Below, in pieces: positions 26,640 through 38,779 of a DNA stretch of 64,000 nt (position 1 is its first letter; each line of letters opens with the position of its first letter). The stretch lies in contig JARFYF010000104.1 in the NCBI GenBank assembly GCA_030265395.1, forward strand, positions 41,974,817 through 42,038,816, read 5' to 3'. The notes below the pieces were generated by a model, which did not search any database, had not been told where the DNA came from, and worked only from the letters and a program-made list of their open reading frames with translations. The stretch is from Rhina ancylostomus (taxonomy: Eukaryota). The position numbers were made by a program, and so were the translations under genes.

Positions 26640-26975
26640 TTTTATTTTCATACCAGATAGGTTACTGTACTGGTAGCTAGAACTTTGGAGCCATCATGGC
26701 AGGGTTGGAATTAAAGTCGAGTAAATAAATAAATCTGGAATATAAAATAATCTCAATAATAGCAAGTACAAAACTATTTAAATGATCCTTAAAATTCCAC
26801 ACAATTCATTATTGTCCTTTAGTGAAGGAAATCTATTGTCCTTGTCTGGTCTAACCTGTAATCTGCTCCAGATCTACCAATGTGCTGAATTCTTAACTGT
26901 CCCCTCAGTTCAGGGGCAATTAGGGATTGGCAGTAAATGCCTGTAACATGTAAATCCCAAGAACAAATAAATAAG
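26640..26975 (+). mobile_element. Second tRNA-derived SINE family; reverse copies at about 14620-14930, 37455-37745 and 52970-53190
   Basis: ccatcatggcag..ggaattaaa, tgtcctttagtgaaggaaatct, ccttgtctggtcta.cct, ggcaattagggattggcagtaaatgc; reverse copies begin tttattgccca. Confidence 0.6.
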
Positions 26976-27599
26976 AGAAAATCTGAATGACATAGTGTTT
27001 TGAAACAACTCTTGGGCCGCATTTAGAGTATTGCGTGCAATTCTGGTCACCTCACTATAGGAAGGATGTCAAGGCTTTAGAGGGTGCAGAGGAGGTTTAC
27101 TAGGATGCTTCCTGGATTAGAGGGCATGTGCTATCCTCTTTTTCTCTCCCCATAAAAATCTAAGCTGCTGAGTTCCTCCAGCAGTTTGTTTTTCCACAGA
27201 GATGTCACAGTCTGATCTCCCTGCATATGCAGAAGTGGGATGAAATGAAATTGACTGCAATGGATCCCAGGGATTTGAAAGCAAAGGGCTTCAGAAACAC
27301 CTGCATGTTGTTGCAATCCTAACTGGCACAACATTTCGTTGCAACTTGAGGTTTTTTGTGTGTGTGGTGGGGGAAGGGAGTACCTATTAATGCATCAATG
27401 TCGTTGGCCTTGATGGTTTCAATGGGTAATATCAGGGGCACTGACCCAGGTACCTACGATGCATGGGCATGATCTTGAAGCCATTATAGCAGCAGGAAGC
27501 AGTTAAATCAATTTTGGGTTTTTTAAAAAAGCTGGTTGTGGTATCACAGGATAGTTACAACGTGGAAATCCCATACGACATAAGCGCAACTCAGTGAGT

Positions 27600-27826
27600 A
27601 CCTCCTCACCTCAATCCACTTATCACTTGCCAGCTCCTGCCTCCCCCCTCCCCCCTCACCTCTTTATTGCTGGCCATCTCCCCTGTTTCAGTCCAAATCA
27701 AGGGTCTCAACCTGAAATGTTGACTGTCCATTTCCCTCCACAGATGCTGCCTGACTCACTGAGTTTTTCCAGCAGCTTGCTTGTTGTTTTGCTCCGGATT
27801 CCAGCACCAACAGTTCCTTGAGTCTC
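27600..27826 (+). mobile_element. Penelope-derived terminal-repeat fragment
   Basis: cagtccaaatcaagggtctcaacctgaaatgttgactgtccatttccctccacagatgctgcctgactcactgag. Confidence 0.75.
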
Positions 27827-28489
27827 GGTGAGTACTTCCTCTGTTCCAAGGAGAGTAACTTTTGTTTTTCTAGTTTATCCACATACCAAAGCAATTCCAG
27901 AGAGCAGAGGCTTTAGTTAAATCTCTTCTGCACCCATTTTAAAGATCTTGCATCTTTTCTAAAGTATGGCTCCCAGGACAGGAGAGAATATTCTAGTTGT
28001 GGTTGAACTAGTGTTTTAGAAACAGTCAGCCAGTCTCAGCCATGGTATGTACAGCACTGCCAGATAGTCATTAAAAAAAAAACCCATTTGGTTCATTCCT
28101 GTCCTTCAGGGAGGGAAAGCTGCCACCCGAGTTCAGGAGTAATGGCAGAAGGACAATAAATGGTGGTATTGTTGGCAATGTTCATGAATGGGTAAAAAAT
28201 GATGGCCGGGCGCTAAATTCATGGCAATATTGGTATTACTTTTATTCTTAGTCTCCTATGCTATCCTTCTATGGCAGCAGCAGATCCTTCCCAGAACCAA
28301 GTCAAATGGCCAAGAAACTGTATTCAATTAAGGTGAGGCCAAAAACAATGGGGATGGATAATGTACAGTGAAAGATTCACTTTACATTGCTAGAACAATC
28401 TTAGTGCAACGAAATGTATTTCTGTCAAAAAACACCACTAAGCAAAGCTAAATCATTATTTTGGAACATAAGATATTGCTGACTGTTTT

Positions 28490-29694
28490 CAATGAAATAC
28501 TGGTGGGTCCACCTTACGAAGGCCATGATGAGAATCCCAGCAGAAAAGGACACCATTGCAATCACTATCATCAAGAAGTCCTTTGGTTGGAAAATAAGCA
28601 AACTCTAAGAAAGCTGATGAGGTAAATGGCATATTCTGAACCCCTCAGCCTACACTTGAGAGGGTTCTTCAGTACAAAAACAGGGAGCATGTCTATTGCT
28701 CCTTTTGTAGCCATGTCCTAGAAGATACCAGCCCTGATGAGGAGGGAGAAAGTGACTTTATCCTGAAAACCCTTGACTTCAAGGAGCATCTGCCTCCATC
28801 AAACCTAGCTAGTTAACTGCACCATATTTGGCTTGTCTTGCCGTGTCCCCTACTTGTTCTGCTACATCATTACTACCCTCAAACCTTGAAATGGTTTCAG
28901 TTTCATCGACTTATTTTCTTTCAGCACAATGAGCTTCATGAATTAAGCTTTTGTGACCTGATTCTTTTTTTTGGAAGATCCTACGTTGTCATGTTATGCT
29001 CTTCCTGCATTTTCTTTGGCAGGTTTTTTTTTGGTACAATGTTTAGAATCTTCTTTCAGTTGGAACCTTCAAAACCAAAATGCAATAAGATGAGCTCAAA
29101 ATATACAGAACAAGGGAGTGTGCAACCAACATACTGCCTTTATAAAATGAGGAATCAAAATGGAGAAAGATCAGTCCCGATAACATGCTCCCTATGAGAC
29201 CGGCAAGCCCGCAAGTACATTCTGTTGCGATAAGCCTGATGTATCTTTTTTCCCTCAGAGGAGGTCATGGAAACCAGTGTCATGACACCAGTCTAAATTG
29301 CAGTAAATCCTCCACTCAGACCTCTCAACATGGCTATTACAAACAGTACTTCCGTGGGTAAGTTCCAAAGAAAGATGAGGAGAAAGTGACCTGGAGATGA
29401 AGCAGCAAAATAGAGGCACAATGATGGTAATCTTCCTAGACTATAAATCTCTGAACCTAGCAAGGTGAACAAAATGGGGATCAATCATGACAGAGTATGG
29501 TAGATCATGTCGAAGTGAGAAACACAATCCTGTTCTTTTGTTTTCTTTGCTTCTTTTAGCAGGGCTGGAAGCAGATAAGTTTATAAGACAATACCTTTCA
29601 TTGACTGTCATTAAAAGAGCAGTATCATAGAAAGAACTGGCAATCTGATCAAGACCACCACTGGTTCAATGAAACAATGAAAAACTTCACACAT
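28490..29694 (-). pseudogene. Disabled tandem paralogue of SLC46A2 (exon-1 equivalent)
   Basis: Starts MCEVFHCFIEPVV. Collinear blocks across frames: DQIASSFYDTALLM, RKITIIVPL, LPTEVLFVIAMLRGLSGGFTAI*TGVMTL, RLIATECTCGLAGLIGS, AIDMLPVFVLKNPL, MIVIAMVSFSAGILIMAFVRWTHQYFI. Several stops and frameshifts; donor replaced by AAAACAG. Confidence 0.9.
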
Positions 29695-30739
29695 TTTGGT
29701 GAAGAATCTCTTCACCTAAACATCTGGGAAAGCAAAATGATCTAGGATAATTTTTATGCTGCCACTTTTACAATCCACCAGAAGGAAGTGGCATGAAGTT
29801 AAATAGCCTTTCCAAAATAGAACAGGTAGTTCCTTATTATTGATAAATACTAGCTTGCCCCTAAACTCACAAGGCAACTGGTTCCTCATTAATTAATTTA
29901 GGTTTTCTCCCTTAATTTTTTCCTGTTTTTTATTTAGTAAGCACCAAAACTGAGAGACAAACTGATTCTTGATTTTACTGTTTATTTGTCCATTTAGTTT
30001 TGAGCTGAGAGGCTAAGATATTTGAGCAACATTCATATAGTTCCAGTGCAGCAAATGGAAATGGCGCCTAAGCAAAACAACAGGTGTTCACCCACTCAAG
30101 GACACCTGGTGTGCTGCGAACAGCAAATTACCAAGGTGCATCATGATGAACAGTAGCATGTGGCTTAAAGTTGGCACAGGAATAAGCAATTTTATATGCA
30201 TCACGAACCAAAAATAAGTCATAGAACTGCACAGCGCAGAAGCAAGGCATTTGGTTCATCAAGCATGTGCTATCTTTTCTGAGGGATACACCCAGTTAAT
30301 CTCACCCCCGGGCACTTTTCCCACAACTTTGCATTTCATTTTTCCTTTAATCAGTTAATCTGATTCCTCTTTGAAAGTTCCTTGTTGAATTTTACAGTAC
30401 AATTAACTTCTGTGAATAAAGGACAGAGGTGGAGTTGGAGGAATTATTCTGGAATATGCCCAGGGCATTTGGAGACAGATATTGACACTATTTTTGAACC
30501 ACCTTAGTTTATTCACACAACCTCTGCCTGGTGTTAATGGTCACAAGTACAGGCATATGCATTGATGATAATTTAAAAGCATCCTTCTGGTGTTTTTTAG
30601 GCTATTACAATGTAACTGGAATGTGAATTCCCATTTTTTTTTAAGAAATAGAATGGACCTACAATGGGGAAAAAGTTTGAGCTGTAAAATTAGAGGGAGG
30701 GATAGAGATTGGCAGTGTGTATCCCTGTTCAATGTCTTG

Positions 30740-31130
30740 GTTTTTTTCAACTTGACTATTCCATTTCCATCCTGACTGATCTCCCTCGTCCTATTCTCTG
30801 TGAACTTAAGGTCATCCAATACTCTGCTGCTCATGTTCTTCAAACCTGTCCATCAGTATTGACCCCTCCCTATCTTTTATAATTGCTCTGGCTCTGAAAC
30901 TCTACAAAAAAAAATCTGCACTTCTCTAATTATGGCCACATTCAACACTCAAAAGCTTAGTTACTTCACTATTAGTGGCTGTGCTTTCAATTGCTGAATC
31001 CCCAAGGTTAAGAACTCCATCCCTAGGCTTTGCCATTTCCCTATCTTTCCCTAATTGAAATGTTTCTTAACCCTGTCACCTGATCTCTTACCACTTTATA
31101 AAGCATAACATTATTTTTTTGTTTGATAAC
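30740..31130 (+). mobile_element. L2-type LINE 3' remnant; related pieces at about 52150-52540 and 59390-59690
   Basis: Shared decayed motifs atccaa.actctgctgc and gccttca.ctg.ca.ggccc....t.tggaa.tc.ctccc (WNSLP-like). Confidence 0.5.
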
Positions 31131-31319
31131 ACTCATGTGAAATGGGGATATTTTTCAGCCACATTAAAGGCAATATTTAGATAGAATTTTCAGTTGTGGA
31201 TGCAGGGATGATCCTGCTCATAGCGAGAGCCAAGCTCTCCCTGCTTTCAAACTAAAATAGATAGCAGTGTACGAGAATCTACATTTTGCTGGGCCCGTTT
31301 CCCTGAGGGCCTTCTAGGG

Positions 31320-31700
31320 TTGAAGAATTTTAATAAAGAGACCAATGAGGCTGGGTTTGCTTTTACTTTTTGGAACGAAGCAAGGTGAGGCTTAATTGAG
31401 GGACATAAAATTATGGGAGACCTAAGCAAGGTAAATGGAAAGGACTTGTTTCCATTAGTAGAGAGGCCAGTAAGATGTGGGCCTGGATTTAAGTTAATTA
31501 GGATTAGAGGGGAGATGGGAGCAATATTCACCTGGGGAATAGGGGGTGCAGCCTAAAAGGGAGGTGGAGACAGAACCCCTCATCACAATTAAAATACATT
31601 GAATAAGCAGTTAAAGAGCCTTAACCTACACAGCAGCAGATCAAGAGGTGGGAAATGGGAATTAACATAAATGGATCCTTTTGGAGATGATGAGCTGAAT
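31320..31700 (+). mobile_element. Degenerate CR1-type LINE 3' fragment
   Basis: ctgggtttgcttttactttttggaacgaagcaaggtgaggcttaattgagggacataaaattatg resembles LGLFSLE..R..DLIEVYKIM. Confidence 0.6.
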
Positions 31701-31729
31701 CCCTCCTATGTTAGTTTTCTATCATTTCC

Positions 31730-32130
31730 ATGGTTACATGCTGGCTTATTCAGGCACGTACGACTGTCAAGAAGATCATCTGTTACCACTGCCACTCATC
31801 TTCCAGGTGTCTGGACATTCCTGAGACCAGATGTTGTGATTGTTGAACTTGATGTGTTTGAGTTTGAGCGTCAAGGAACTGTTAGGAAGAGGAAGCAGGG
31901 GTAGTTCAATGCAGAACAAGGATGGATCTCTCGAAGTGTAAATGCCCCATGTGCTAAGGTGTGACACCAGCTTGCTTAAGGAGGATGTAGATTCCAGCTG
32001 ACATCTGCAATCCATTGTCCTGTATTGGTTGTGAACAGCAGTGATACAGGTAATGAGTCTAGTGATATAAGGGGACAGAGAGCCTCTCCTTTCATTCTTC
32101 ATCATTGACCATCAAAGTGCATGATTGTGG
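31730..32130 (-). mobile_element. Probable RTE-clade LINE C-terminal remnant
   Basis: Across frames: IYILLKQ..., ..PSLFCIEL, LTLKLKHIKFNNHNIWSQECPDTWK. This echoes the RTE end 'SIYTLLKQ..WLGH..PK.LLYGEL..LK..NI...W..A.DR..W'. Strongly decayed. Confidence 0.4.
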
Positions 32131-32974
32131 CTTTCAGGAGAGGATGGGTTTATCTGACACCTACTTGGGTAAGAATTTGATTATGGTTGCCAGTGCTAAG
32201 TGTATAACCATTGCTACAGCTGTGCATTGTGCTTGGTAATGCATTTCAGAAATGGGGTAACAATACACATCCACTATAATGCACTTAACAATTAAGACTC
32301 AAACTGAGTTCCTAACCCCTTAGGATGTTTTCTACTTCTTGGGGAAATCCAAACTTGTGGTCGCCAATAAATTTAGTAGTTAATTCAGGCAAACTGACTT
32401 TAATGAAATTGGTGAGAATGTGAGGCTAATAGAATTGATGCATTTAGGTTGAAGTAAATGAAGGAGCTAGGAATTGATTATGGTGATAAAGGGAGATGCA
32501 ATGGAGTAGAAGTAGGTTTATGTGTAGCATACACCTGCTTGGCTGAATGATGAATTTCAGTGTTACTTCTATTGAAACCAACAACCAAATGGTGAGTACT
32601 ACCAGCCATCAAGATTAGTTGGGACCCAAGGTTGAGTTTTACGCAACCTTGGGGACACCTCAATTAGAACACTCTGCAGAGCGCTCATTTCCATACCCAA
32701 AGGAGGAGTCAATGCAGGGAAGATTGATTGCTAAGATGGTGAGATGAGAGTGATCTAAATTGACTGAAGAATAAAATGTGTTCTCATTGACCCATGTAGA
32801 TTTCTAAGTGGGATAGAGGGGATGGGTGCTGAGAAGTTTTTTTTTCCTTGAGCTGTAGAGTCTATAGCCAAGGAGCATCTTCTCAAGATAAGGGGTTGAC
32901 CATTTAGGGGTGAGTTAAGGAGAGAGTTCTTTATACACAGGGTTGTGAATCTTTGATATCAAGTCTAAGATTGA

Positions 32975-33155
32975 GATGCAAGAGACTGCAGGTGCTGGAA
33001 TCTGGAGCAAGAAACATCTCCTGGAGGAACTCAGCAGGTTGAGCAGCATTTGTGGGAGGAAAGTAATGGTTGATGTTTATGGATGAATTGCTGACGATTC
33101 CTTTTTCTCCCACAGATGCTGCTTGTCCTGAGTTCTTCCTGCATCTTGTTTGTTT
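32975..33155. mobile_element. Short palindromic Penelope-derived element
   Basis: ggaggaactcagcaggttgagcagcatttgtgggagg ... ctcccacagatgctgcttgtcctgagttcttcc. Confidence 0.75.
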
Positions 33156-33904
33156 CTCTGAGCTTGAGAGATTTGGAAGCTGAGGGAGCAGAAGATGTGG
33201 TGATTGGGAAGGTGTGGGGACTTGGAAGTACAGGAACAGCCTTGAACTGACTGAATGATACAGCAGGCTTAGCAGCTGGCAGGGTCAACTCCTGCACTTC
33301 TGTTTTTATGTTCTTAAGTTCTTGGCAATTTCTCCAAGTAATTCTATGTAATAAAATGAAGCTGTATGACATATTAAATTCTCAAAACCAATAGTAGTTT
33401 TTTGATATTTAGTGATGAATTGTATTGGAGCATTTTGATTTTCAAGATTATCAAGTATTTTGGTGAGATAAACATAGAAAAATTGTTTTCACTGATGGAT
33501 GAGTGAGAAACAACGGGGCCATTACCCCTAGGCTATCACTAGAACATTAAATGAGGTAATGGAAATGTTCTGATACTAAATTATCAGAACGTGGAATGGT
33601 TGCCGCAGGTGGATGTGAAGACAGGATGCAGCTTCATTTAAATCCTACAAAAGGAACAATATAATGAACAGGGGGAAAAAGTAAGTGAAAAGGGACTGGA
33701 GTGCATAACATCTACTGGACAGCAAGCACTTGCACAGGATTGTAGAACAATGGCTAGTGGATGGACATAAAAATGAATCAGTCAGCCTAATCTAGAAGTA
33801 CTTAAACCTGTTTGGGGGACCATTTTCAGGTTAGAGCAGAAGCTTGTTGGCCAAAATCGTTGCCAGCGCTATTGAGCACTAAGTGTCAAGCATGGAGGTC
33901 ACTT

Positions 33905-34490
33905 TCATTGTACAGTGATGTCAAATTGTACACAACACCCATTTGATAATGTAGATGTAAAATTCTCACATACATAACTGAGAGAGCACCAAACACTTTT
34001 TAATGAAAAGCTTGGTTCAGGTCGTGGAAAAGGAAAACGTGAAATTAGTCCTCCAGCGTGTGAGTTCCTCAAGTACATCCCAATTTGTAGCACTTGTGTT
34101 CTTAAGTAAAACACTCTTGTTTGACCATATACCCAAACTTCATGGCATAGTTGTTGCTGTGCATATCTATAAATTTTGTTGTTATAACTTGCCCAAATGT
34201 ACCCTACTTTACCATGTATGCAGCATAATACTGCAAATTGAGCTATTACAGTCTCCATCAATTCACATCTCTGTCACTAAATATTGTATATAATACACTA
34301 TGCATCCTTTACCATCCTTGTCCCCAGGTTAACGCAGTTAGGATTGATACCATACCTTATCACTTACCCTGTAAGTACTGTTGGTGGGAAATGAATTGCA
34401 CCAAAAATGTGCAACATCTATCTCAGGTTCAGAGAAAGTGCACTAAAGCTGATGAGCTAGAGTAGTAGTATGCAGAAAAAGGAAACATTT
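33905..34490 (-). pseudogene. Decayed coding-like unit B (unidentified, Cys-containing, D-x-V-G-Y-like repeats)
   Basis: Homologous to 34967-36115. Hydrophobic leader (ILLL*LISFSALSL), EIDVAHFWCNSFPT, GKVGYI, MKFGYM, NGCCVQFD. Stops and frameshifts throughout. Confidence 0.4.
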
Positions 34491-34656
34491 GCAGGTGTAA
34501 AACAAATGGTCAAAATCCAGATCCAGGTCCACCAATTGTGTAGCCCACTTCCTCGTAAAGGAAACAACCACATAAATTGTCACAATTTTACTCACGTAAT
34601 ATGAATTCACATATCATCCTCAAAAAACACAAGGGCAAGATTAAGCAAAGCCAGAT

Positions 34657-34662
34657 TTTATT
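34657..34662 (-). terminator. Polyadenylation signal AATAAA with GT-rich downstream element
   Basis: tttatt on +, followed on - by ...cccttgtgttttttg. About 300 nt past the stop of unit A; could instead be a distal AKAP2 site. Confidence 0.45.
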
Positions 34663-34966
34663 GCAACATTGTCCTGCATAGTGATATACATCTTTGATAC
34701 TCCATTGGAGTTCTCTTTATAAAAATACCCAGCCAATATTCACTTTAAAATATATTTATAATTCCATAAAGTTTAGGCATTGTTTGAGTAGCTACATAAT
34801 AAAAGTTCATAACAACAGATCTAGAAAATAAAGTTTCAATACTTTGGCATTACCAACAGAAACAAAAATCTGCACTGTTCCAACCAATCAATCTGCTGCA
34901 CCAATTATGTTAAAAAGAGACAATGGGAATACCAGTTTGACTGACTGACTGAAGATTGCTTTTGTT

Positions 34967-36115
34967 TTAGTGGCCGATGTCACATTTGATAACACATCCT
35001 GCTTCATCACATATGCCCTATTTATCTCATGGGCTGAAGGGCTGTATTGTTATATGGTTCTATGGACTTAAGTGATCACACATACCCTGCATAATCAGAT
35101 TTACCTTTAATTAGTAGCATGTACCCTACACTATTGCAAAAAAAACACTACATTACTACATATGACAATAATTAGGGCATAAAGTTATGGTATATGTACT
35201 CTACATTATCATGGATATTCTGCATTGTAACAGGTCATGTTTTTAGCAAACACGTCACATTGTGCAGCACTTATATTCATCAGTAATACACTTCTGCTAG
35301 GGTATATACCCAAACCTCATGTCATAGTTTTTTGGTATGCATATCAATAAATCATATTGTTATAACTTGCCCCATGTACCCAATTTTATCACTTATGCAG
35401 AATAATACAGCAAATTGAGCTATTACATGGCCTATATGCATTCACATCCCTGTTACAAATTTTGTATATGTTATAGAGATACAAATTGTTGGAAATGCAC
35501 ATCAGGCTGCATCTGTGGGGAGAGAAACAGAATTAATATTTCAAGTTGAAGATTGAAACCTGACCTGCTGGGCATGTCTGCTTCACAACTCCTACATTCT
35601 TTGTCTATGTTCCCACCCTCTGACTGCTCCCATTCACTCATTGACCAGATAACCTTGTTTACAACTTGTCCCCATGGTCACCTCAGTTTTATCCTATCAT
35701 ATACAGCCCCGCCATCCTGTAACTTATCCAGCTTTGTTGCTCTCCTTCCCAGTTCTGGAGAAGGTCGTCCACCTGAAATGTTATCAGTTGTGGCCTGACC
35801 ATTTCCAATATTTTCTGTTTTTACTTTTTAGATTTCCAGCATCTGCAGGATTTTTTTGATTGTCACTGTGGATACCATACCACACTTTACCAGCATTGTC
35901 CTTGGGTTAACAGACATATTAGGATCAACACCCTAACTTATCAATTACCCTGTACCCTACTTCCATCCTGCTGTTAGTACAAGCTTTGTAAGTGGGAAAT
36001 GAATTGCACCAAAAGTGTGCGTCTATTTCTCTGATTCGGAGTGAAAGGAGAGAAATTGCTCTAACTTGATAGGATAGAGTAATATTTCACTGAGGAAGGA
36101 ATGAAAATGACATGC
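34967..36115 (-). pseudogene. Decayed coding-like unit A, interrupted by a repeat insertion at about 35476-35862
   Basis: RAISLLSLRIREIDAHFWCNSFPTYKACTNSRMEVGYRVIDKLGC*S*YVC*PKD ... DKIGYM ... DNVEYI ... NSVGYM ... DYAGYV ... CDEAGCVIKCDIGH*. Shares exact 16-23 nt blocks with unit B. Confidence 0.45.
35476..35862 (+). mobile_element. Penelope-derived element inserted in decayed unit A
   Basis: gcatctgtggggagagaaacag ... agttctggagaaggtcgtccacctgaaatgtt ... gatttccagcatctgcag. Absent from the homologous position in unit B. Confidence 0.7.
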
Positions 36116-36609
36116 TGTTAAAGATGGGACACACTGCCACACTGAATCAGTTGAGATAACTGGCCTAAGTGTGTTTGAGGCGAGATGAAGTGGGGGGGGA
36201 GGAGGTTTTTTGTGGAGCACGGCCTCCATGGACTAGTCGAGTTAAATGGCCTGTTTCTGTGTGGTAAATTCTACTTAATTCAAAGGATAGCAGAGGTCTG
36301 CCTCTTGGGCAGAGACAAACACATATTACTTCTCACTTCTGCTGACAGTGGAGTGCATTGATTCTTCTGTTCCTCTGGTGAATCATTTCCCTGAACAAGA
36401 GTTGGGGAGTTTGATTTAATTTGCAGTCCTTTCTCTTGAATGATGGAGCTGAATTTTGGGAGGAAATACTTCTCAGCAAAGGGTTAGGCAGCAGCTGTGA
36501 CTTCAACAGGTAGAATCACCCCCTCCCTCTCCCCCAAGAATAAACACTGGCAAACTTGGACCTGTTTCTGTGCCGATGACTCAATTTAACTTTCTTACTT
36601 CTCATGTTA

Positions 36610-36930
36610 TAGGAGGCCATTTGGCCCATTGGCCTGTTGATCCCAGCAGTGCCACCCCATCATTCCCATTCACCTTCCTTATTTCCCTGCAACTTATTCT
36701 CTCAAATATTCATCAAATCCTGTTTGATTCTTTTGCCACCCTACACTAGAGTGTACTTTGGAATAACCAGTTAACTTATAGCATGTCTTTGGGACATGGG
36801 AGAAAAGTGGAGCACTCGGCAGAAACTGCTCACAGGCCAACATACAAACTCAATGCAGATGGCACCAGGGGTCAGGCTCGAAGTTGTGTCCCTGGAGCTG
36901 GGAGGCAGTAAATGCTGTGCCATGATGTGC
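36610..36930 (-). mobile_element. tRNA-derived SINE (V-SINE-like)
   Basis: catgtctttgggacatgggagaaaagtggagcac...catacaaactc...ctggagctgggaggcag, the reverse of the 41261 family. Confidence 0.7.
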
Positions 36931-38779
36931 CCCTTGATTTGGAAGTATTTATATATTTTAATCAAAAGGAAATATGGCAGGATTGATCCTTTCTGAGATC
37001 AAGACTTAGCAGCATGTTTACTCAAAACCAAGGAACCCAACACAACCCCCCCTCCCCCCTCCCCCAATGAATTGAAAATAATCCCCGTCTTTCTTTCTTG
37101 TTACAAGCTGGAGCAGTACTTCCCTGCAATGTACTGTGTTCTCCCACTTTCACAGGGACACAAGTTCAATTTGGAGTGAATGAGAATGACATCATCTGCA
37201 CTGTGCAGTACCATAAATATCAAGCTGTAGCATGCACATTGGCACCACAGTCACTCAAGGAGTAGGCGTGCTGTTGGAAATTCCTGACCTTTCTGTTTAT
37301 CTCAGGCCTTGAGGTTTAGGAAAACTGAACAGAATCACTGGAGTTTGCCTCTCTACAAAAAGGGTATGGTCATCATGACTTGCAGTGCCAGGAGCAACTT
37401 GCACAGACTCTATTGTTGTTAGCTTTGTTTTACATGCATGCATTCATGGAATCCGATAAGGCCAGTATTTATTGCCCACCTCTTAACTGCCCTTGAACTG
37501 AATGGTTCCCTTGACCAGTTCATTAGTAATCATGTCAAGTACACTACTCTAGGTATGCAGTCATATTTGGTACGGATTTCCTTTTCCCAAAGCATCATTA
37601 GTGGCTCAGATGGAGTGTCATGGTCACTATTACTGGTACTAATTTTGTAGTCAATAAACTAAACTGCAATTCCTCAGCTGCAGTGGTGGGATTTGATTTC
37701 ATGCTTGCAGAACATCAGTGAAGAGCACTAGATTGCATCAGCACTAGGCTTCTGCTTCCTTTATTGCAGTGCTAACCTGAGGGATAGACTTTATTTCTTG
37801 TACTTCTATCCATCAGGGCCATGTGTTCTTCTGGGTAAAGTCATTGCTTTGACCATTCTACTGACTTTGCAGATTAAGACATTTTCATAAACTCTGCATT
37901 CTCTTTTTTATATTTCTGTTAATTATTTTTTTCTCCAAAAACAACACTTTTCAGAATTCGCTGCTGCATTTTGTTAGAGAAAGGGAAAAAGTCAACCAAT
38001 GGCAAAAATAATCAATGCTAACCTTTCTCACATTTGGGTTCCAAATGATAGACCTTTTCCTTGAGGAGTTGAGGGCTTCGACTGTAGAATCCAGAATCTT
38101 AGTCGTTCCAGTCAGTGAACCTCTCAACTAGATGAGGAAGGGAAATTACATAGAGGAACTGCTGAGCCTTGCAACTGTCATATTTCTTGTATTGCAAAGT
38201 AGACTTTACTTCCTAATGCTGCCCTTGACAATTTTCATGCTTTCAGCTCCAAACAGAGCAAGAGGCTGCCATCAAAAAAGTATTCAGCTGACTTGCACAT
38301 TTAAAATCCCCATCATCCTTGCCTCCAAATAAGATTGATCACCCCACAAAACTTCATTTCAAGCTCTTAAACAAACACAAATAGTTTGCAATGCAAAATC
38401 ATTTGGGAATTCAAGAAAACTGTGTGGCTTTTTCATATTGATTTGCACTTTGTTTTCATTGTGATAAACACATCAGAGATAGGTGGACACGGCTGTTCAG
38501 CTAAGATTCAGGATTGATCCAATCAGGTTGCAAAGAGCATTTTACTATCCAATTGGACATGGAACATATTGGGTGACCAATGATGGGGGAGTAGGGGTGG
38601 GGCATTGGCAGTGGGAAGTTACATGAAGGAACTTCCCAGAACGATGGCTAAACTGGGTTGGCAACTCCAAATACAATTCAGCCAAATATAATACCCAGTG
38701 ATACTTCACAAATTCAGTCATGCAGGAGTGTGGTCAAATGGCTTACTTAGATCTCACGAAGACCACTTGGGGCATTCAG

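Noticed and set aside
26265-27450. Possible exon 2/3 remnants of the SLC46A2 pseudogene (PLILPIETIKA near 27400; SCILETLL plus gtaagt near 26290)
   Set aside because: Similarity is too weak to separate from chance without an alignment.
31776-32720. Fragments resembling C9orf152 (NERRGSLS on -, ISIPKGG on +)
   Set aside because: The pieces are on opposite strands and the conserved YYPFP motif is absent. The 31.7-32.1 kb stretch fits an RTE-LINE remnant better.
34120-34210. Kinase-like reading GTFGQVITTKFIDMHSNNYAMK (glycine loop plus AxK) in unit B
   Set aside because: It is preceded by a stop, the paralogous copy reads YDMR, and no HRD or DFG follows. It is better explained by the D-x-V-G-Y repeat.
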